Part shown: positions 1 to 8,015 of the stretch, piece by piece | Layout of the letters: every line of letters starts with the position of its first letter | How positions within the stretch are numbered: the stretch's first letter is position 1 | Source: Thermoproteota archaeon | Lineage (GTDB): Archaea > Korarchaeota > Korarchaeia > Korarchaeales > Korarchaeaceae | Length of the DNA stretch: 19,983 nt | Direction of reading: 5' to 3' | Assembly: GCA_037917625.1 (NCBI GenBank) | Contig: JAVCBY010000109.1 | Coordinates: 1 to 19,983 of the forward strand | Position numbers and translations under genes: made by a program | The notes under the pieces: generated by a model | Database searches by the model: none | What the model was told of the DNA's origin: nothing | What the model saw: only the letters and a program-made list of their open reading frames with translations

Positions 1-114
1 CTTAGAGGAGTTGGGATTGAGTTAGAAGATCTTCTAACTCAAGGCCTTAAGAGGGGGAGGCAAGTACCCATAGATTCTTCCAACATAAAATCCTTCCTGA
101 GGAGAGTTGCCGTA
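1..114 (+). repeat. Exact inverted duplicate of radical SAM gene segment 1297-1410 (runs off the window edge)
   Basis: Bases 1-114 are the exact reverse complement of 1297-1410. After 3 mismatches (115-117), 118-125 match again (gaggggct), then similarity stops. Confidence 0.95.
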
Positions 115-155
115 GGAGAGGGGCTATAATCGTCAAGTTAGATGAGATCTTGTGA
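111..155 (+). CDS. Possible 3' remnant of an upstream gene (...RRRGAIIVKLDEIL*)
   Basis: The frame from 111 reads cgt agg aga ggg gct ata atc gtc aag tta gat gag atc ttg tga. The same Ile-Leu-stop is restored (atc tta taa) if the element at 152-413 is removed. Any 5' part is replaced by the inverted duplicate. Confidence 0.35.
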   Translation, partial: RRRGAIIVKLDEIL

Positions 156-330
156 GCTACCCACCCCTGAAGGGTGTGGGCTTCCAGCATTCAGAGTGGG
201 CTTTGCGCCTACCTCCTCATCTGCTGGTTCGAGGGGCTCACATCTCCTCCATCCCATAGAGCTCGTTACCCCATGGGCTATTCTCTTTTATCCACCTCAG
301 CAGATGCTTCATATGTCATCGGAACATCCT
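152..330 (-). ncRNA. Putative TnpB omegaRNA-like (right-end) structured RNA; 5' end estimated
   Basis: BRE/TATA GCGAAAA-TTTAAAAA at 367-353 on the minus strand. There is a 9-bp stem (218-226/298-306), a hairpin (253-277) whose G-U pairs work only on the minus strand, and the terminal right-end hairpin. Confidence 0.5.
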
Positions 331-413
331 CAAACTAATTGAGCTCTCTAATTTTTTAAATTTTCGCATCCATCCCACCCGAATGGCGTGCGTTTTCTGG
401 CGAAAACTTTGAT
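152..413 (-). mobile_element. Non-autonomous IS200/IS605-family miniature element (PATE/MITE-like), no tnpA or tnpB
   Basis: On the minus strand the right end reads GAAG-CCCACACCC-TTCA-GGGGTGGG-TAGC-TCAC (184-152). The left end follows target TTTAT (418-414), with AAAA plus a degenerate hairpin CGCACGCCATTCGGGTGGGATGGATG. The guide/cleavage pairs GAAG/TCAC and AAAA/TTAT fit the IS608-type rule. Confidence 0.8.
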
Positions 414-423
414 ATAAATAAAA

Positions 424-699
424 TCATTCCTCTAACTTCCTCTTCTTCACGGCCCTATCGAAGATTATCCAGTTCTTGTACCACTCCTCATTCTCCTGCC
501 TCAAGTAGTTGAGGACACCCCTCATGAGATCCTTAGTAGTCACCTCATTGATCCCAGATCTCAATAGATCGCACTCAATTATCCTAGCTATCTTCCTAGC
601 TACATCCAGGGGAGCTCCAGCCTTCAGACAGCTCACCACTATCTTCTCCGGTGAGAACTCCTCCCTCCTATCATCCCTCTTGATGACGTATATCGGCAT
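424..699 (-). CDS. Stand-alone ATP-cone domain protein
   Basis: N-terminal [16 protein letters not shown] matches the ATP-cone VxKRDG...F...KI signature; 91 aa. Confidence 0.85.
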   Translation of the reverse strand: MPIYVIKRDDRREEFSPEKIVVSCLKAGAPLDVARKIARIIECDLLRSGINEVTTKDLMRGVLNYLRQENEEWYKNWIIFDRAVKKRKLEE

Positions 700-827
700 A
701 CGGTTACTTGGAAGCGGGACTTAATAAGCGTTACTTATGCTTCCATCAACTATTCATTAAAAATTTTTATCTCTTAGGGAGCCCCATCCCGGCTTCAAAT
801 TTATTAATGGAAGTAGTAGATAGCCTT

Positions 828-1028
828 ATGAGACCGCTCAGCCCCTTAGTGCTCACCTCGACGAAGAGATTCAAGAGGAAGAGGGTGGGAAGGGGCTTCA
901 GCTTAGGGGAGCTTGAGAGAGCAGGCATAAGCATCGAGGAAGCGAGGAGGCTTGGTATCTATATCGATAAGAGGAGGAAGAGCGTGCATGAATGGAATGT
1001 GAATGCTCTCCTAAAGCTCAAGTCCTAA
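828..1028 (+). CDS. rpl13e: 50S ribosomal protein L13e (66 aa, probably leaderless)
   Basis: [15 protein letters not shown] and IDKRRKS motifs. TATA-like tttattaa at 800-807 favours the ATG at 828 over the ORF-track start at 708. Confidence 0.92.
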   Translation: MRPLSPLVLTSTKRFKRKRVGRGFSLGELERAGISIEEARRLGIYIDKRRKSVHEWNVNALLKLKS

Positions 1029-2127
1029 CTGTAGATACGATCCTCCTCGTGAAAGCCCTAACTAAAGATCTAGCTATTTTCTCCCTCTTAGCTCCTCTCA
1101 CGCGGAGGATCAAGCGTTCTCCCTTCATATCGACATCCGCCACTATGCCCAAGCTCATGAGCCCCTCCCTTATGTCCTCAATATCTATTTGCGGGAGATC
1201 GCCATCACAAGGACCGAATGAACAGGAGTGACAACCTAAGGAGTGGGAATCCATATTAGCTGAGCATGCTGCGGGGAAGACCTTCAGCCCCTCCTTTACG
1301 GCAACTCTCCTCAGGAAGGATTTTATGTTGGAAGAATCTATGGGTACTTGCCTCCCCCTCTTAAGGCCTTGAGTTAGAAGATCTTCTAACTCAATCCCAA
1401 CTCCTCTAAGCCTCTCAAGAATGCTGGGAGTTGCCCTAAGGGTCCCCAAGACTACACCATTAGCTCCAGCTGATTTAGCTCTCTCTATTATCTTAGGCCC
1501 CTCCAATTCAGCTACTCCAGGTATTATAGGCCTCAGGAAGAGGGAAGCGTGTATAGATTCATCCCTCAAGTTCCTCATAGTTTGGAACCTGAGCTCAGGC
1601 CTCGGGGCATATGGCTCAATGACCTCAGCTTTACTCAAGCAAGTTATCGTGACTAGAACGCTCAATTTAGGATCTATCTCCCTCAGAACCCTTGATTCCT
1701 CCTTCCCTAAGTAGTACTTAGTCGAGATCTGCGTGGGGTTTCCCAGTAGCTCGCTTACAGCTCTCAAGTACTCGAAGGTCCTCTCCCCTATGCTGGGTAA
1801 GAAGGGCTCAGTTATGGAGCCAAAAGCTAACATAGTCCCGTATTGCGAGGGGAGGAAGAATGGGTTAGATAGGATCGCGTAAACTAACTGCAAACCGCTC
1901 AGCTTGTAACTCTCGGGTGGCTCTCTTATCCCCATATCCTCCAAGTAGCAGTACTTGCACCCTAAGCTGCAACCCCTCCCGGGATGCACAGTGAGCCCGC
2001 ACATCCTGGGCTCGCGTCTCGCGTGGGAGTCCGCTAGAGCCTCCTTCCTCTCCCTTTGGGTTAGCTTCTTTCCCAGTTGGTCCCTAAGCTCCCTCTTGAG
2101 TTCGAGGAGCTCCACGAACTTCCTCAT
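1018..2127 (-). CDS. Radical SAM protein, spore-photoproduct-lyase-like (SplB-related) family
   Basis: CxxxCxxC motif [10 protein letters not shown], plus [13 protein letters not shown] and [10 protein letters not shown] segments typical of SPL-like proteins. Extra C-terminal Cys cluster (CHSCSFGPC). Confidence 0.85.
   Translation of the reverse strand: MRKFVELLELKRELRDQLGKKLTQRERKEALADSHARREPRMCGLTVHPGRGCSLGCKYCYLEDMGIREPPESYKLSGLQLVYAILSNPFFLPSQYGTMLAFGSITEPFLPSIGERTFEYLRAVSELLGNPTQISTKYYLGKEESRVLREIDPKLSVLVTITCLSKAEVIEPYAPRPELRFQTMRNLRDESIHASLFLRPIIPGVAELEGPKIIERAKSAGANGVVLGTLRATPSILERLRGVGIELEDLLTQGLKRGRQVPIDSSNIKSFLRRVAVKEGLKVFPAACSANMDSHSLGCHSCSFGPCDGDLPQIDIEDIREGLMSLGIVADVDMKGERLILRVRGAKREKIARSLVRAFTRRIVSTVRT
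1369..1394. repeat. Perfect 26-bp palindrome TTGAGTTAGAAGATCTTCTAACTCAA (copy at 17-42)
   Basis: The sequence equals its own reverse complement. Confidence 0.95.
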
Positions 2128-2225
2128 CTAGATGCCCCAGTGAGTCTCGCATAAAATCGCTTCAGGTCTCATCTTGAAGGGTTAAGTGGATCCTAGCTGA
2201 GGACCACTCAGATGTGTTGTAAAAC

Positions 2226-2256
2226 TTTAAATACAATAATATGCAACATATTGTAT
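2226..2256 (+). promoter_or_regulatory. vapBC promoter: TATA box plus inverted-repeat operator
   Basis: tttaaata at 2226-2233. Inverted repeat atacaata (2231-2238) / tattgtat (2249-2256), with an overlapping aatatg/catatt pair, sits directly before ATG 2257. Confidence 0.65.
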
Positions 2257-2469
2257 ATGAAGACGGTCACTCTGAGGGATGACGTCTACAGGAAGTTACT
2301 CTCGCTGAAGGGAGATAGGAGCTTCTCGGATGTGATAGATGACTTAATAAAGAGGGATGTGGAGAGGAGAGTCAGTAAGATAATAGAAGCGTCTATTTCC
2401 GCTGGATCGCCTGAGGAAATGGAGGGTGTGATCAGAGAGATAAGAGAGGGATTCAAGGTGAGAATTTGA
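2257..2469 (+). CDS. vapB: VapB-type antitoxin (archaeal RHH/DUF217-like)
   Basis: MKTVTLRDDVYRKLLSLKGDRSFSDVI matches the KTI...VY..L...K...SFS.VI family pattern. Its stop overlaps the start of the PIN gene. Confidence 0.85.
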   Translation: MKTVTLRDDVYRKLLSLKGDRSFSDVIDDLIKRDVERRVSKIIEASISAGSPEEMEGVIREIREGFKVRI

Positions 2470-2888
2470 GGATCATACTCGATACATCATTCATTTTGAA
2501 GATCAGGAAGAGCGAGAAAGCTCTAGAATTGTTGAAAGATGAGTCAAAGGGGGCTAGTGACATCGGAATCTCTATACTCTCATTGTACGAGCTCGAGGTC
2601 GGCTCAAATTACTTATGGCTCAAGAGGAGGGATTACAGTGAGAGAGCTTGGTTGAAGGAGATCTTGAGATGGCTCACAATTTACAGGATCAATGAGAGGA
2701 GCATAAAGAGGGCAGCGATGATAAAAGCGAGGGCTTTAGCTAGAGGGGAGTCCTACCCTGATATGGATCTGCTGATAGCTACTACCATCTCAGGACCGGC
2801 GAAGTTGCTCTCATGCGATGAGGATCACTTTAAAATGGCTAAAGATCTTGAGGAGTTCGATCTGGAGGTCGTTCATATAGACGATTGA
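2466..2888 (+). CDS. vapC: VapC PIN-domain ribonuclease toxin
   Basis: PIN acidic motifs ILDTS, ELEVG, DLLIA and SCDEDH; TTG start coupled to the antitoxin stop. Confidence 0.9.
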   Translation: MRIILDTSFILKIRKSEKALELLKDESKGASDIGISILSLYELEVGSNYLWLKRRDYSERAWLKEILRWLTIYRINERSIKRAAMIKARALARGESYPDMDLLIATTISGPAKLLSCDEDHFKMAKDLEEFDLEVVHIDD

Positions 2889-3017
2889 TAGTCTTAATCA
2901 AACTGGGCCCCCGCTTTAATTGAAAGGTATTCTGAGCCTCCTCAACATGAAAAATCAAAGCTTCATCTGGTCCTCTGGAGAACTTTGTAACCCCTCCTCG
3001 GCTTGATTCAAGAATGC

Positions 3018-4031
3018 TCACTGGGGCTGGTTATCCCTCAACGCCTCCACCGCTCTCTTATAAACGGCTACTGAGAACTCCAGATCCCTCAAGTGGATTC
3101 TCTCCTCATCAGTGTGAGCTAATGAAGAATCTCCCGGGCCATAGGCCGCGGAGCTCTTCACATGCTTCGATATGTAATTCATATCACTTGATCCAAGTTT
3201 CCTGAGTAAGATGGGCTTAGCTCCAGACGTTATTATCGCTCTAGTTAAGGCCCTCGGGACTGGATCCGTCGGCCTCACTGAAACCGGATCCACTGATCCC
3301 CTCAGAATCATATCGCATCCATCCTCCATTTTAATCCGCTCTAGTATCCCCTGAAGCGAATATCCCATTGAGAACCTCAGATCCAGGGTGCACTCAGCTC
3401 TCCTAGGCAGCACGTTCTCATACTCCCCTCCCCTAATTTTAGTTGCTCTCAAGCTGACGCCATCGAGCCCCCTCAGGCTCTCATGAATCTTCTCTAAGCA
3501 TGAGATCAACTTCTCTATAGCTGAATCCCCGGGGGATGAGGAGTGCCCTCCTCTAGCTTTGCACTTCAAGAGGAGCTTGGCCCCTCCTCTGTACTCTATA
3601 ACTATCCCAATTGTGTTAGTGGGCTCGCCCACTATAATGTAAGGGGGCAGCTCCCCCCTCAATAACTCCCTGACCCCCCTGCTATCCCCCTCCTCTCCCA
3701 CTACAGCAGCCACCTTGACTGGTCTCTCTGATATGGAAGCCGCTACTAGCATAGCTGCCAAGGGGCCCTTAGCATCTACAGCCCCCCGTCCGGATACTGT
3801 CCCTTTCCGGACGCTGACTCTCAACCTCCCGGGCACTGTGTCGTAGTGGCCTAGCAGCATGACGCATCCTCCATCCCCCTTCGAGGCTATTACATTACCG
3901 ACGTTATCGGAGTAAGCCTCAAGCCCCAAATCCCTCGCTACTTCAATTATGACTCTCTCAGCATTCTTCTCCCTTCCAGTCGGGCTGTAAGCCTTTAGTA
4001 AAGCTAAAAGGACTTCAGATACTTTGCTCAC
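3018..4031 (-). CDS. lysK: [LysW]-lysine/[LysW]-ornithine hydrolase (M20 family)
   Basis: GHYDTV, GRGAVDAKG, GEE, GEP, GSSDMN and YGPGD...AH motifs; last gene of the lys cluster. Confidence 0.9.
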   Translation of the reverse strand: MSKVSEVLLALLKAYSPTGREKNAERVIIEVARDLGLEAYSDNVGNVIASKGDGGCVMLLGHYDTVPGRLRVSVRKGTVSGRGAVDAKGPLAAMLVAASISERPVKVAAVVGEEGDSRGVRELLRGELPPYIIVGEPTNTIGIVIEYRGGAKLLLKCKARGGHSSSPGDSAIEKLISCLEKIHESLRGLDGVSLRATKIRGGEYENVLPRRAECTLDLRFSMGYSLQGILERIKMEDGCDMILRGSVDPVSVRPTDPVPRALTRAIITSGAKPILLRKLGSSDMNYISKHVKSSAAYGPGDSSLAHTDEERIHLRDLEFSVAVYKRAVEALRDNQPQ

Positions 4032-5130
4032 TTATGAACCTCCTGAGCCTCTCGGATAGGAAGGAGCAATCCTCCTCAGTTATGCAGTAGGGTGGGAGCA
4101 GCCTCACCATATCCCCTCCAGCCTTCAGAGCTAGCACCCCTGAGGCCTGCAGGGACCTGATGACTCTGTTAGGCTCCTTCACCTTAATGCCTAGCATCAA
4201 TCCCTCCCCCTTGAGCTCAGCGTACTCACTTATCATAGAGGCTAGAGACTTACCCATCTTCCTCGCAGCTTCAGGGACATTTTCCTCGAGGAAGAGCTCT
4301 ATAGAGGCCTTTAGGGCAGCGCAAGCTAAGGGGTTGCCACCATGAGTGCTTCCGTGAAATCCAGGTTTTAAGCCCTCAATTACCCAGTCCCTAGCAGCTA
4401 CCAAGCTGATCGGGAATCCAGAGGCTATGCTCTTCCCAGCTATCAATATGTCAGGCTCAACGCCCCTGCTCTGATGGGCCCAAGTAACACCAGTCCTACC
4501 GAAACCGCATTGCACCTCATCGAATATCAACACAGCTCCCGCTTCATCGCAAGCTCTCCTCAACTCGATTAAGAAGTCGCGTCTAGAGGGCTCTATACCC
4601 CCCTCACCTTGGACAGGCTCCAATATCACTGCAGCTATCTCATCATCGATTAGTTCCGCTGAGGAGATATCGTTGAACTCCCCGAACTCAGCTTTGAGTA
4701 AGGGCAGCCCCTCCCTATACTCCTCATTCCAAGTGACGGAGAGGGCTCCTAAGGTCCTGCCATGAAATCCTCTCTTGAAGGAGAGAAGACCCCTCCTCCC
4801 AGTGGTTTTGAAAGCTAACTTAAGGGCTAATTCGACTGCTTCAGCCCCGCTGTTCTGAAAGTAGACGTTATTGAGCTTATTGGGGAGTATCTTACTCAGG
4901 GAGGAGAGGCACTCCTCCATAGCATCTGTTGAGAAAGTAGTGGACGCCACCATAATCCTATCCAATTGCTCCTTAATGGCATCAACGACCTTCCTAGGCC
5001 TGTGCCCGAGGAAAGCGGCTCCATGACCAGTATGAGCATCTAAGTACTTCCTACCCTCGGAGTCCCATACGTACTGACCCTCTCCCTTGACGAGCTTCAA
5101 GCCCCTGTGAGCTTGGAACCTCATGAACAT
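4015..5130 (-). CDS. lysJ: [LysW]-aminoadipate/glutamate semialdehyde transaminase (class III PLP); alternative start at 5124
   Basis: NSGAEA, FHGRT, EPVQGEGG, DEVQCGFGRTG, AGKSIASG and HGSTHGGNP motifs; cluster context. Confidence 0.92.
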   Translation of the reverse strand: MFMRFQAHRGLKLVKGEGQYVWDSEGRKYLDAHTGHGAAFLGHRPRKVVDAIKEQLDRIMVASTTFSTDAMEECLSSLSKILPNKLNNVYFQNSGAEAVELALKLAFKTTGRRGLLSFKRGFHGRTLGALSVTWNEEYREGLPLLKAEFGEFNDISSAELIDDEIAAVILEPVQGEGGIEPSRRDFLIELRRACDEAGAVLIFDEVQCGFGRTGVTWAHQSRGVEPDILIAGKSIASGFPISLVAARDWVIEGLKPGFHGSTHGGNPLACAALKASIELFLEENVPEAARKMGKSLASMISEYAELKGEGLMLGIKVKEPNRVIRSLQASGVLALKAGGDMVRLLPPYCITEEDCSFLSERLRRFISEQSI

Positions 5131-5960
5131 TCGGACACCGCGTACCTAACTAGCTCCTCAGCTATGTCAACTCCAGTCGCCCTCGCTGCGTTCTTGAACT
5201 CAGTCACTGCATTAGCCTCTAGGACAATCGGACCCCTCTCGCTATCCTCGACTATATCTATGCCTAAGAAACCTCCGCCCAGAGCCTCGCATGTCCTCAA
5301 GACGAGATCCTCAAGATCATCAGTAGCTCTCACAGGCTCAACTCTAGCTCCTCTAGCTGTATTCGTTATCCAGTGATTCGATATCCTATATATTGCTGTT
5401 AAAAATCCTCTATCAGTCCCATAAGCTCTTATATCGCGATCAGGCTTCCTAATGTACTCTTGAATGTAGTGTATTCTATAGTAGGGGGAGCCTATCGCCT
5501 CCCTATGCTCAATTATACTCCTGAGCTCCTCCTCATCCCTAGCCAATGAGACTAGCCTCCCCCAGCTCCCGTTGACGGGTTTTACGACTACTGGGAAGCC
5601 TATCTCCTTAGCCGCTCTGAGCGCTCCCTCTGGGGAGAAGGCAACAGCAGTCTTAGGGGTGGGTACGCCCGAGCTCATCAACTTGAGGGAAGTTAGGAGC
5701 TTATCACCGCACACCCTTATGACTTCAGGGGAATTAACACATTTCACCCCATAATTCGATAAGATTTCAGAGAAAGCCACCGAATTCGTGTGACTCATCG
5801 TCCTGATGAGAGCTACATCGGTTTCTAAGGCTCCAGCGTCCAATCGGTAGTGATTCGATGGTAGATGTAGCAGGAGCCTCTCAGCTCCGAGCCTCTCTAT
5901 GGCCCTCAATATCTGGGACTCCTCCTCCCTGAGCCTCTCGTAAACTAGAGCTATCCTCAT
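5121..5960 (-). CDS. lysX: LysX/ArgX-family ATP-grasp amino acid--LysW ligase
   Basis: KPVNGSWGRLV, QEYI...RDIR, WITNTARG and EANAVTEFKN motifs. The ATG at 5960 overlaps the lysW TGA (ATGA). Confidence 0.93.
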   Translation of the reverse strand: MRIALVYERLREEESQILRAIERLGAERLLLHLPSNHYRLDAGALETDVALIRTMSHTNSVAFSEILSNYGVKCVNSPEVIRVCGDKLLTSLKLMSSGVPTPKTAVAFSPEGALRAAKEIGFPVVVKPVNGSWGRLVSLARDEEELRSIIEHREAIGSPYYRIHYIQEYIRKPDRDIRAYGTDRGFLTAIYRISNHWITNTARGARVEPVRATDDLEDLVLRTCEALGGGFLGIDIVEDSERGPIVLEANAVTEFKNAARATGVDIAEELVRYAVSECS

Positions 5961-6127
5961 TCTCCCCAATCCTCGAGCACTCCCCCTGCTTCTCGGAGAG
6001 AAAGGGTTCCGTTGTCATCGAAGACCTCTAGAAGGGCCCCGCAGGAGTTACAATCTATCAACTCTCCCGGGATCGCGTCATCAGGCACCTCGAGAGCCGA
6101 ACCACATATGGGACATCTCGCCTCCAT
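5957..6127 (-). CDS. lysW: Amino-group carrier protein LysW
   Basis: Zn ribbon CPICG...CNSCG, acidic composition and the C-terminal EDWGE signature; ATG at 6127. Confidence 0.96.
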   Translation of the reverse strand: MEARCPICGSALEVPDDAIPGELIDCNSCGALLEVFDDNGTLSLREAGGVLEDWGE

Positions 6128-6129
6128 AT

Positions 6130-6202
6130 TCGCACCCAATGGTGCGAATGCTGGAAAATATAAGCTTTACTATCGCACTTGCAAGTGCGAATATCGGAAA
6201 AT
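6130..6202 (-). promoter_or_regulatory. lysW promoter with two TCGCAC-N6-GTGCGA palindromes flanking the TATA box
   Basis: Sites at 6130-6147 and 6173-6190, each followed on the plus strand by AT-N3-GGAAAAT. TATA-like aaagcttatattt on the minus strand at about 6168-6156. Confidence 0.75.
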
Positions 6203-6215
6203 GCTGTTAAATTCA

Positions 6216-6989
6216 TTACCTAACTTCGATCGATGTGCCCTCCCCCTTCAACGCTCTCGTCACGGGTTCGTCCCTCAGGCCATTAGCTATCACGATACGC
6301 GTCAATCCAGCTACCCTAACTGCCATCATCAGCTTCCTCAACATACCCCCTCCTATCCCCTCGATAGACCCTATCTCATCGGTCCAGAGGATCCTCCTGA
6401 CCTCGCCATTCAAGATGACACCATCTACATCGGACAGGATCACTAAACCCTCAGGACGCATTGCCTCAGCTATGCTCACTGCTGCTTGATCCCCATCTAC
6501 GTTCAGGATCTCCCCTCCCTTTCCCCTGGAGATGGGGGAGATGACCACGCTGTAACCCAGTTTAATGAGGCCCTCAATGAGCTCCCTCCTCACTTCAACT
6601 ATCCTGCCCGTATAACCACCGGGGATCGCGAACCTCCTTCCGCCTTCCTGGACGATTATCCTCTCCTTCCTCTCAGCTATCATAGTTGGGCCATCCAATC
6701 CTGAGATGCCGACTGCCTTGACGCCGAGGTTCAGGAGCTCGTTCACTATCAACTTATTTATCTTCCCAGCCATCACCATGACGTATACCTCTATCTCATT
6801 CTCATCAGTGTACCTGCTCCTAAGACCGGAAGGGGATGTCACGAACTTCGGCTCTATGCCCATCCTCCTCGATACCTCGCTAACTTCATCTCCCCCGCCG
6901 TGAACGAGTATGAATTCGTATTTGGTTAAGTCCCTGCATATCTCCCTCAAGTTTCGGAGGGCCCTCCCTCCTACCTTGACGACAAGCAT
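6216..6989 (-). CDS. lysZ: [LysW]-aminoadipate/glutamate kinase
   Basis: VVKVGG, VHGGG, SRYTD, LNVDGDQAA, LSDVDG and GGGMLRKL motifs. Confidence 0.93.
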   Translation of the reverse strand: MLVVKVGGRALRNLREICRDLTKYEFILVHGGGDEVSEVSRRMGIEPKFVTSPSGLRSRYTDENEIEVYVMVMAGKINKLIVNELLNLGVKAVGISGLDGPTMIAERKERIIVQEGGRRFAIPGGYTGRIVEVRRELIEGLIKLGYSVVISPISRGKGGEILNVDGDQAAVSIAEAMRPEGLVILSDVDGVILNGEVRRILWTDEIGSIEGIGGGMLRKLMMAVRVAGLTRIVIANGLRDEPVTRALKGEGTSIEVR

Positions 6990-6998
6990 GCTAACACC

Positions 6999-8015
6999 TC
7001 ATGGCCTCAGGGGAGGGATGAGGAGGGCCTCAGTCTCTCTAAATCCCAGCATGAGGTTCATGCACTGGACAGCTTGCCCTGCTGCCCCCTTCCCTAAGTT
7101 ATCTATAGCCGCGAAGCCCGTGACTCTCCCGGATTTCTCATCGCTAGAGAACCCTAGGTCCGCGAAATTGCTACCTATAACGTTTTTGACATCCGGGAAA
7201 ACTCCTCTGGACATTATCCTTATGAAGGGCTCATTGGAGTATAGCTTAGCGAACTCCCTCCATAAAGCCCCCTCATCGGCATCAATTATGGCATGGACGC
7301 TCGCGAAAGAACCCCTCACTGCTCCAACGGAGTGAGGAATTATGCTGACCTTTATAGATGGGTTGAACCTCTTAAGTTCCTGCTCAACTTCTGCTTGATG
7401 TCTGTGCCCTGAAGGGGAATAAGGCCTTATTGTTTGACTCCTCTCAGGGTGATGAGATCCCTTAGAAGGCTTTGAGCCGGCCTCACTGCTCCCAACTTTC
7501 AGATCAGCTATGAGGAGATTTGCGCCGAGGCTAGTGAGGGGGGCTGAGGCCAGCAGAGTGGATGTAGCATTACAACCCGGTACAGCCACTAAGGAGGAGC
7601 GCTTTATCTCATCCCTATTGAACTCAGGGATCCCGTAAACGGATCTATCCAGAAGATCTGGGAGGGGATGCTTCCACCCGTACCACCTCTCGTATAGCTC
7701 GGGATACTTCAGCCTGAAATCAGGGCTCAGATCAATGACTTTGATCCCCACTTCCAGTAGTTTTGGCGTAATATCCTTGGAATTACCTGGAGGTAGGGAG
7801 AGGAAAGCGAGGTCATAGTCTCCCTTCATCGCCTCGCTCGTGGATGAGAACTTCGAGTTGAGTAGCCCCTTGAGATGGGGGTGAGCTAAGTGAATGGGCT
7901 TGCCCGCATACTCCCTTGAGGTTAAAAAAGATAACTCTATATCCCGGTGATTGATTAATATCCTCAAAAGCTCGCCCCCCGTGTATCCCGATGCTCCGAA
8001 TATCGATACCTTCAA
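6999..8015 (-). CDS. lysY: [LysW]-aminoadipate/glutamate phosphate reductase (ArgC family)
   Basis: GASGYTGGEL, DLSPDFRL, PGCNAT, GSSEAG, HHPER, HRHQAE and IDNLGKGAAGQA motifs; TTG start with a GAGGTG Shine-Dalgarno. Confidence 0.93.
   Translation of the reverse strand: MKVSIFGASGYTGGELLRILINHRDIELSFLTSREYAGKPIHLAHPHLKGLLNSKFSSTSEAMKGDYDLAFLSLPPGNSKDITPKLLEVGIKVIDLSPDFRLKYPELYERWYGWKHPLPDLLDRSVYGIPEFNRDEIKRSSLVAVPGCNATSTLLASAPLTSLGANLLIADLKVGSSEAGSKPSKGSHHPERSQTIRPYSPSGHRHQAEVEQELKRFNPSIKVSIIPHSVGAVRGSFASVHAIIDADEGALWREFAKLYSNEPFIRIMSRGVFPDVKNVIGSNFADLGFSSDEKSGRVTGFAAIDNLGKGAAGQAVQCMNLMLGFRETEALLIPPLRP

Noticed and set aside
1-125. DGR template/variable repeat pair with 1286-1410
   Set aside because: The copy is identical for 114 bp, the three mismatches cluster at the junction and are not all at adenines, and no reverse transcriptase is in the window.
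142-342. 66-aa plus-strand ORF
   Set aside because: Lies antisense across the IS-end hairpin and the structured RNA; no recognisable protein features.
708-827. N-terminal extension of L13e in the ORF track
   Set aside because: Covers the divergent promoter region; the TATA position supports ATG 828.
2839-3021. 60-aa minus-strand ORF coupled to the lysK stop (GTGA)
   Set aside because: Overlaps the vapC 3' end, has no motif, and cannot be supported without homology.
6130-6202. Mini CRISPR array
   Set aside because: Only two units with a 13-bp gap and internally variable positions; the position around a TATA box fits an operator better.
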